DNA of 59,063 nt, the filler included, from Callorhinchus milii (Eukaryota): the NCBI RefSeq assembly GCF_018977255.1. It is 2 parts of 2 records of this genome, joined end to end, with 100 filler letters (N's around TTAATTAATTAA, not from the genome) between each part and the next. Parts side by side here need not be neighbours in the genome. Positions count along the whole stretch, not along the records: positions 29,586 to 59,063 come from NW_024705648.1; 1 more part is not named here. One strand, 5' to 3'. Positions 50,117 to 59,063 of this stretch are shown piece after piece. A program made the translations under genes and the position numbers. Numbering within the stretch: position 1 is the first letter of the stretch; each line of letters begins with the position of its first letter. The notes beneath the pieces are model-generated. The model was not told the DNA's origin, made no database searches, and was given only the letters and a program-made list of their open reading frames with translations.

Positions 50117-51834
50117 CTTGAGATCAGAGACACAGAGACATGACAGGGATCAGAGTAAACACTGTGGGTATAACCCACTGTCACTCACAGTTTGTTTGAT
50201 GCCGGACAGGTTGTCGGAGTTCATACACACAAACACACACACAAACACACACACACACAAAAGACAGACAAAAACATCACCGCAGACACACACTTACTCT
50301 CACACACGCAAATACACACAAATACAAACACATGACCCACAGAAAGATACACAAAAACACACACAAACAGAGTCACATAAACAGAGAGACGCGCACACAG
50401 ACACACACATAAATACACACACTCGCGCTGACAAACAAACACACAACTACTCTCACACACACGCGCTCACACAGAAACATACACAATCACACCCAAAAAC
50501 TCACCCACGCAAACACATACGTACGCAAACAAACACACAGTAAATCACACAAGCAAACACAAACACACACAAACAATCAATCATTCACACAAACGCACAC
50601 ATATGCACACAAACACAACCACACGCAAACACACACACAGAAAAAAAACACGTTCACGCACAAACACGCATACACACATAAACATACATAAACATTCACA
50701 CACACATACACAAATACACACACACAAACACACAAACAAACCAACGTACACGAAAACAGACTGACAAACACGGACACATAAACACCCACAAACATACAAA
50801 CGCACATGAAGACACACTCAAAAACACATAATCACAAACAGAAGCACAGCACATACAAACAAACACACAGATATAAATAGACATACATAGATACACACAA
50901 ACACACACAAACATACACAAACAGAAACTCACACACACACAGAAACACACAAACACACACAAAAACTCACACAAACACTCACAAACTCATACACACAAAA
51001 TCGAACACACGCCAACACACACACACGCAAACATAAGCACAATCACTCGCACAAGCTCACATACAAACATAAACAAAATGGCACACAAACACACACACAG
51101 ACATGCACATACACACATAAACAAACACATGACCCACAGTCAAATACACACAGTCTCACACACACAAACACATGACCCACAGACAAGTAAACACACACAC
51201 AGAAACACACGCAAACACACTCATGGAAGCGCACACATACACACACAAACAAACACATGTCGCACAGACAAATACACACACACAGCTACAGACACACAGA
51301 CACATATACACAGACAAACACACAGAAACAAACACACACACTCACAGAAACACAAACAAACGGACACACACAAACACGCAAACATACACGTAAACACACA
51401 CACACACGCAGAAAAAAGCACACACACACACATACACAGGCAAACACAAACATACATAACCATACACGCGAAAACACACGCACAAATAAACACAGAAGCA
51501 CACAAACAAAGACACACAAAAACAAACACACAAATACGCACACACAATCACACAAATACACATAGAAATATACATGAAGACAAACAGACACACAAAAAAA
51601 ACACACAAACAAAGAAACACAAAATCAAATACAAACACAGACATAAAAACACATATATAGATTCACACAAACAAACATACGCAAACACACACACACACAA
51701 AACACCCACACACAAACACACACAGAAAAACACACAAACATAAATACACATACACACAACCAAACACACAAACGTGCAAGCACACAGACACAACCACGCA
51801 GACAAGCACACACACACACACATACACAATAACA

Positions 51835-52303
51835 TCAATAAAATTGCATTTACAGAGCGCATTTCACGTCGGCAGGACGTCCCAAAGCGCTGAACAGTCA
51901 GGTGTCGGAGCCTGAGCATGGGGGAGGGGTGGGGAGGGGTGGGGGAGGGGTTGGGAGGGGTGGGGGAGAGGTGGGGTAGGAGTGAGGGAAGGCAGAGAGG
52001 TGGGAGAGAGACCAAAGGCTCGATGGAAGAGAAGGGCCTTGAGACCGACCTTGAAGGAGACAAGAGAGGAAGTGAGGGGAAGGGACCGAGGGATGGAGTT
52101 CCAGAGTGTGGGGCAGAGAGGCTGAAAGCCCGGACACCGATGGGAGGGCGGGTCGGGCGGGAGACACGGAGCAGCCCGGAGCCCACTGGACGGAGGGAGC
52201 GGGCAGGTTGGTAGGGAGTCAGCAGGTCAGAGAGGGGAGGAGGGGGCGAGGCCATGGATGGCCTTAAAGGTGAGGACGACGATCTTGAACTCGATCCTCT
52301 GGG
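51835..52303 (-). mobile_element. L2 3' fragment (second subfamily)
   Basis: LSDLLTPYQPARSLRPVGSGLLRVSRP...RAFSLSAP, with tail GCGCTTTGGGACGTCCTGCCGACGTGAAA. Confidence 0.85.
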
Positions 52304-53436
52304 ATACACACACACAATCACACACACTCACAGGAACACACAGAAACACACACACAATCGCACACACTCACAGGAACATACACAAACGCACACAATAACA
52401 ACAACAAGATTACAATTGTATATCGCCTTTCATGTCGGACGTCCCAAGGCTCTGACACACACATACTCACAAGCACAAAGTCACACAAGCAAACACAGTC
52501 GAACAAAAATACACACTGAGACACAAAAAACTCTGCAGAAACAAACACACATACAGAGAGACACACAATATATATATATAGATATACTCAAAAACACACA
52601 CAAACACAGAAGCAAAGACAAACACACACACAAACAATCGCTCACACAGACACACACACACAAACACACACTTACGAAAGCAATCACAAAAACACACAGA
52701 CTCACATACACAGGCAAACGCGCACATACATACACAATCATACACATACACAGACACATGCACTGACACACACACAAAGAAACAGTGTTGTCATGGGTTA
52801 ATGTTAAAGTGTGGTTCAAGAATCTAAAATAGAAGTGCAAAGGCGGCAAAGCTCAGTAAATGAAGGCAGAGCCCAAAACAATGACAACATAAGGTCAGGA
52901 CGTACAGGGACATCGAAAGTCCTTGTGGTTAACGGGAGAATTGAAATTGAAACATATAATGATATAACCATATAAGGAGTTGTTTTTCTTAAAAAATACA
53001 GCTTTGTCTGGAGTTATTCAGTTGTCTTTAAACAAAGGTGTGTTAGATATCTCTCGGGAACGGTAGCGGAGCAGTGCGAGACACGACCAGTGCTGTGACA
53101 GGAATCCGCTCGGTACCGTTTTGTGTCTTGTTATTTTATTGTTTCATTCATTTGTGTATTACCTGCTGTTCTGTCCTGAATAAAGTGACTGAACTCAACC
53201 AATTGGTAAACTGGAACCGGGTCATTCTAACGTTATTGAAGATAGTTGCAAAGGACACACCCACCCACAAACACACATTAACACACGTTGAGAGTTTGAC
53301 GTAAACGATGGCTTGTGGCCCCACTTTGTCACACCGATTCCTGTCACAATATTCAGCCGCACTGATCAGACAGTCACAATAAGCACATTGAGATATTGGA
53401 GTCAATCAGACTCTGGAGACACAGTGCGTTACTTAC

Positions 53437-53607
53437 CACAGTCTCTGTATTTTACACTCCGGGTTCCTCAGAGCCTCACACAGTCGCTTCACTCCGCAAT
53501 CTCCCAGATTATTATTATTCAGGATCAGCTCCGTCAGTGAGTGGTTTGTGCTGAGAGCGGAGGTCAGATCCTCCGTACAATCAGCTGTCAGATTATTACT
53601 GTCCAAC
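53437..53607 (-). CDS. 171-nt LRR exon of gene B (LDSNNLTADCTEDLTSALSTNHSLTELILNNNNLGDCGVKRLCEALRNPECKIQRL)
   Basis: CTCCAG acceptor and GTAAGT donor. 57 codons form a 28+29 RI-type pair with the NLRP-like LGDxGVxxLCEALxxPxC signature. Confidence 0.93.
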
Positions 53608-55289
53608 CTGGAGATCAGAGATACAGAGACATAACAGGGATCAGAGTCAACACAGTGTGTGTAACCCACTGTCACTCAGTTTGTTTGATGCCGGACAGGT
53701 TGCAGGAGTTCATATACACAAACACACACACACACAAAAGACAGACAAAAACATCACCGCAGACACACACTTACTCTCACACACGCAAATACACACAAAT
53801 ACAAACACATGACCCACAGAAATATACACACAAACACACACAAACAGAGTCACATAAACAGAGAGACGCGCACACAGACACACACATACACACATAAATA
53901 CACACTCACGCAGACAAACAAACACACAAACACTCTCACACAAATGCGCTCACACAGAAACATACACAATCACACCCAAAAACACACCCACGCAAACACA
54001 TACGTAGGCCAACACACACACAGAAACTTATACAAGCAAACACAAACACACACACAAACAATCAATCATTCACACAAACACACACACAAACAATCAATCA
54101 TTCACCAAACGAACACACATATGCACACAAACACAACCGCACGCAAACACACACAGAAAAACCCATGCACGCACAAACACGCAAACACACACAAACATAC
54201 ATAAACATTCACACAAACATACACAAATACACACACACACACAGAAATACTCAAACAAACAAACGTACACGAAAACGGACTGACAAACACGCACACATAA
54301 ACACCCACAAACATACAAACGCACATAAAGACACACTGAAAAACACACAGTCACAAACAGAAGCACAGCACATACAAACAAACACACAGATATAAATAGA
54401 CATACATAGATACACACAAACACACACAAACATACACACACACAAACTCACACGCACAGTTAGAAACACACAAACACACACAAAAACTCACACAAACACT
54501 CACAAACTCATACACACAAAATAGAACACATGCCAACACACACAAACACACACGCGCGCAAACATAAGCAATCACTCACACAAGCTCACATACAAACATA
54601 AACAAAATGGCACACGAACACACACACATACATCCACATACACACATAAACAAACACATGACCCACAGACAAATACACTCAGTCACAAACACAAACGCAT
54701 GACCCACAGACAAGTAAACACACACACACACAGAAACACACGCTAACAGACTCATGCAAGCACACACAAACACACGCAAACATACACGTAAACACACACA
54801 CACGCAGAAGAAGCACACAATTAGACACACACGTAAGCATACACAGGCATACACAAACATACATAATCATACACGCGAAAACACATGCACAAATACACAC
54901 AGAAACAAAGATACACAAAAACAAACTCACCAATACGCGCACACAAAAACACAACACACAATCACACACATACACACAGAAATATACATAAAGACAAACA
55001 GACGCACACTGAAAAACACACAAACAAAGAAACACAAAATCAAATACAAACACAGACATAAATACACATTCACACAAAGAAAAATAGGCAAGTACACTCA
55101 CACAATCACACACAAAAAACCACATACAAGCACACACAGAAAAACACACAAAACAAACAAACATACTTATACATACACACAACTAAACACACAAACTTGC
55201 AAGCACACAGACACAACCACGCACATACCCGCAGACGGGCACACACACTCACACACAGACAAATACGCACACGCAAATTCACAATATCA

Positions 55290-55777
55290 TCAATAAAATT
55301 GCATTTACAGAGTGCGTTTTCACGTCGGCAGGACGTCCCAAAGCGCTGAACAGTCAGGTGTCGGGGCCTGAGCATGGGGAGGGGTGGGGGAGGTGGCGAG
55401 CAGTGGGGTAGGTGATGGCGAGAGGTGGGGGAGGGGTGGCGAGGGGTGGGGTAGGAGTGAGGGAAGGCAGAGAGGTGGGAGGGAGACCAAAGGCTCGATC
55501 GAAGAGAAGGGTCTTGAGACCGACCTTGAAGGAGACAAGAGAGGAAGTGAGGGGAAGGGACCGTGGGATGGAGTCCCAGAGTGTGGGGCAGAGAGGCTGA
55601 AAGCCCGGACACCGATGGGAGGGCGGGTCGGGTGGGAGACACGGAGCAGCCCGGAGCCCACTGGCCGGAGGGAGCGGGCAGGTTGGTAGGGAGTCAGCAG
55701 GTCAGAGAGGGGAGGAGGGGGCGAGGCCATGGATGGCCTTAAAGGTGAGGACGACGATCTTGAACTCGATTTCTGGG
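55290..55777 (-). mobile_element. duplicate of the 51835-52303 L2 fragment
   Basis: Near-identical sequence with the same truncation point. Confidence 0.85.
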
Positions 55778-57034
55778 ATACACACACACAATCGCACACA
55801 CTCACAGGAACACACACAAACACACACAGAATCGCGCACACTCACAGGAACACACAGAAATACACACAGAATCGCACACACTCAGAGGAAAATACACAAA
55901 CACACACAATAACAACAACAAGATTACAGTTGTATATCGCCTTTCATGTCGGACGTCCCAAGGCTCTGACACACACACACACACCAACTCACAAGCACAA
56001 AGTCACACAAATACACGCACAGAAACACACAAACAAACACACAAACAAAGGTAAACACAAGCAAACACAGTCAAGCGAACACAAATACACACAGAGAAAC
56101 AAAAACCCTTCAGAAACACACACACACAGACAGAGACACACACATAAACACATCCAGACACACAATATATATATACTCAAAAACACAAACACAAAAACAA
56201 AGACAAACACACACACAAACAATCGCTCACATTGATACACACACACTTACGAAAGCACTCACAAAAGCACACAGACCCACATACACAGGCAAACGCACAC
56301 GTACACAGACACGCACACACACAAAAGCATGTGCATTGACACACACACACACACACACACAAACACATGCACTGACACACACACAGAGACATACATACAC
56401 ACAGTGTTGTCATGGATAAATATTAAAGTGTGGTTCAGGAATCTAAAATAGAAGTGCAAAGGCGGCAAGCTCAGTGACTGAAGGCAGAACCCAAAACAAT
56501 GGCAATATAAGGTTCAGGACTACAGGGACACGAAAGTCATTGTGGTTAAAGGGAGAATTGAATTGAAACCATATATGGATATAACCATATAAGGAGTTGT
56601 CTTAAAAAAGACAGTTTTGTCTGGAGGTATTTCTTCTGTGTCTTTAAACAAAGGTGTGTTAGATATCTCTCGGGAACGGGAGCAGAGCAGTGAGAGACAC
56701 GACCAGTGCTGTGACAGGAATCGTTTTGTGTCTTGTGTATTATTGTATTGTTTCATTTATTTGTGTATTACCTGCTGTTCTGTCCTTAATAAATGACTAA
56801 ACTCATCCAATTGGTAAACTGGAACCGGATCATTCTGAAGTCGTTGTAGATAGTTGCAAAGGACACACCCACAAAGACACATTAATACATGTTGAAAGTT
56901 TGATGTAAACGATGGTTTGGGCCTTACACTGTCACACCATTCCTGTCACAATATTCAGCCGCATGATCAGACAGTCAAAAAGACATTGAGATATTGGAGT
57001 CATTCAGACTCTGGAGACACAGTGTGTTACTTAC

Positions 57035-57212
57035 CGCAGACTCTGTAATTTTACACTCCGGGTTCCTCAGAGCCTCACACAGTCGCTTCACTCCACAATC
57101 TCCCAGTTTATAGTTTGGGGTACTCAGGTGTCAGCTTCCGTCAGTGAGTGGTTTGTGCTGAGAGCGGAGGTCAGATCCTCGGTACAATCGCTGTCAGATT
57201 GTTACTGTCCAC
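57035..57212 (-). pseudogene. frameshifted copy of the 171-nt LRR exon (178 nt; pseudo-exon or sequencing error)
   Basis: Splice sites intact (CTCCAG / GTAAGT). Aligns to 53437-53607 with several small indels, and the flanking intron also has many 1-nt indels. Confidence 0.7.
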
Positions 57213-59063
57213 CTGGAGATCAGAGACACAGAGACATAACAGGGATCAGAGTAAACACATGTGTGTCACCCACTGTCACGCACAGTTTGTTTGATGCCGA
57301 CGGTTGTAGGAGTGACACACCACACACACATCCGCAAACATACATAGCAGACAAACACACAGACAAAGATACACACTTACTGTCACACAAACAAACACAC
57401 AAACAACCAAATACATGATCCACAGACAAATAAACACACACAGACACACACAAAGACACACACTGAAATACACGAATATACACAGAAACACACACACAAA
57501 AATACATACACTCTCACGCACACAAACGAACACACAAACACACACAACATACAGACACACACACACAGAGACACACAGACAAAATTACACATACGCACAC
57601 ATGCATACAAAACACGCACACAAACACACACAGATACACTCACACAAACACGCATAAACAGAAAAGCAAATATTCACACTCGCACAATCTTACTATGCAA
57701 ACACATACATACACAAACACACACAAACTAACACACAGACACAAACGCACACAATCCCACCCACGCAGAGAAACACACACAAACACACACACACAAAGTC
57801 ACGCACAATCTCACACACCCAGAAACACACACTCATAAACACATACACACAGAATCGCACACACGCAAGCACTCACACAAGCACACACACAAAGATAAAC
57901 AATATGTCACACACAAACGCACACATAAATACACTCACACACAAAAACAAACACGTGACCCACCGATAAATACACACACAGAGACACAAACACACAGACA
58001 CACATACACAGAAATACACATACATGCACACAAACAAACGCACACACAAATACACACACACCATCACACACAAAAAAACACCCACAAACACACAACGCAC
58101 TCACACAAAGCCACACACAGAAACACACAATCACGCACACAAATACACTTACCCACGCAAGCAAATTGCACACAAACACACCACAGAAACACTCACAGAA
58201 ACAAACAAGCATACACAAACAACAGAAACAACCAGAAACAAACACAGATACACAAATGCACACAATCGCACACACAGAGAGAAACACACAGAAACAAACA
58301 TACAACAACACGCAACACACACGAAAACATGCATGAATATTACACAAACACACACCAAATACACATCAGAAACACAGAAACAAACAAAACATAAAAAACT
58401 CACAAACACGCACACACATGCACAAAGAAGTAAACATAACACATACAATCACACACACACACAAAAGCATACAAACACACATAGAAGCAGACATAAAGAT
58501 ACACAGACACATACTCAAAAACACACAAGCACACATGGAAACACAAAATTTAACACAAACACACACCCACGTAAATATACATATGCAGATACACACAAAC
58601 AAACATAAAAATACACGCAAATGCAAACACACACAAACACCCACACACAAAAACACACACACAAACGCAGAAACTCACACAAACTTTCACAAATACACTC
58701 ACAGACACAAAATCGCACACACGGAAACACACACACGCAAGCACACACACACACAAACATAAACAACATCACACACAAAGACACAAACATAAATACACAT
58801 ACACACAAACACACACACAAATACATATATAAACATGCACAAACAAATAAACACACAAACCTACACACATAAGCGCACACACAGAAACATGCATAATCAT
58901 AAACACAAACATACATGCGAACACACCCACGCAAACATATGCAAAACGAAACAAACATACACACCACAAACACACATAAACAGCCGCACACATACACACT
59001 TACAAACACACAAATACACACAAAGACACAACAACATGAACAAAATGACATTTATAGAGCCGC

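Larger units (their letters stand above)
50220..59030. repeat. extensive degenerate (CA)-rich low-complexity intron tracts, interrupted by the exons and L2 fragments listed
   Basis: Direct inspection. Source of the T/H- and C/V-rich spurious ORFs. Confidence 0.9.

Noticed and set aside
50118..59051. T/H/K-rich and C/V-rich ORFs
   Set aside because: Translations of (CA)n-like intronic low-complexity DNA.

Overview
Vertebrate genomic DNA with no prokaryotic features. The SINE/LINE families and the NLR-type LRR exons point to a cartilaginous fish, probably a chimaera (inference). The window is two ~29.5 kb halves joined by an artificial N44-TTAATTAATTAA-N44 linker (29486-29585), so adjacency across it is unproven. 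Left half: (i) a 7.2 kb satellite of a 16-bp unit (TGCGCAAACACAGCCT) with higher-order structure, which produces all the long ORFs there as artefacts; (ii) a 5'-truncated L2 LINE; (iii) a CpG-island promoter with four NRF1-type sites and a short first exon (MAAETT); (iv) a nested tandem duplication with six copies of an 82-nt exon whose differences are mostly synonymous in one frame, each preceded by a candidate 17-nt microexon (99 nt, a 33-aa repeat). Right half: the 3' ends of two convergent, paralogous NLR/ribonuclease-inhibitor-type LRR genes (168/171-nt phase-2 exons). Between them lie tRNA-derived Deu-type SINEs, L2 fragments (including a rare intact 5' end), a decayed gag-like element, an ISRE-led orphan first exon and a mixed-orientation repeat block around a second CpG promoter. 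Single-base indels in homopolymers suggest some long-read consensus error.
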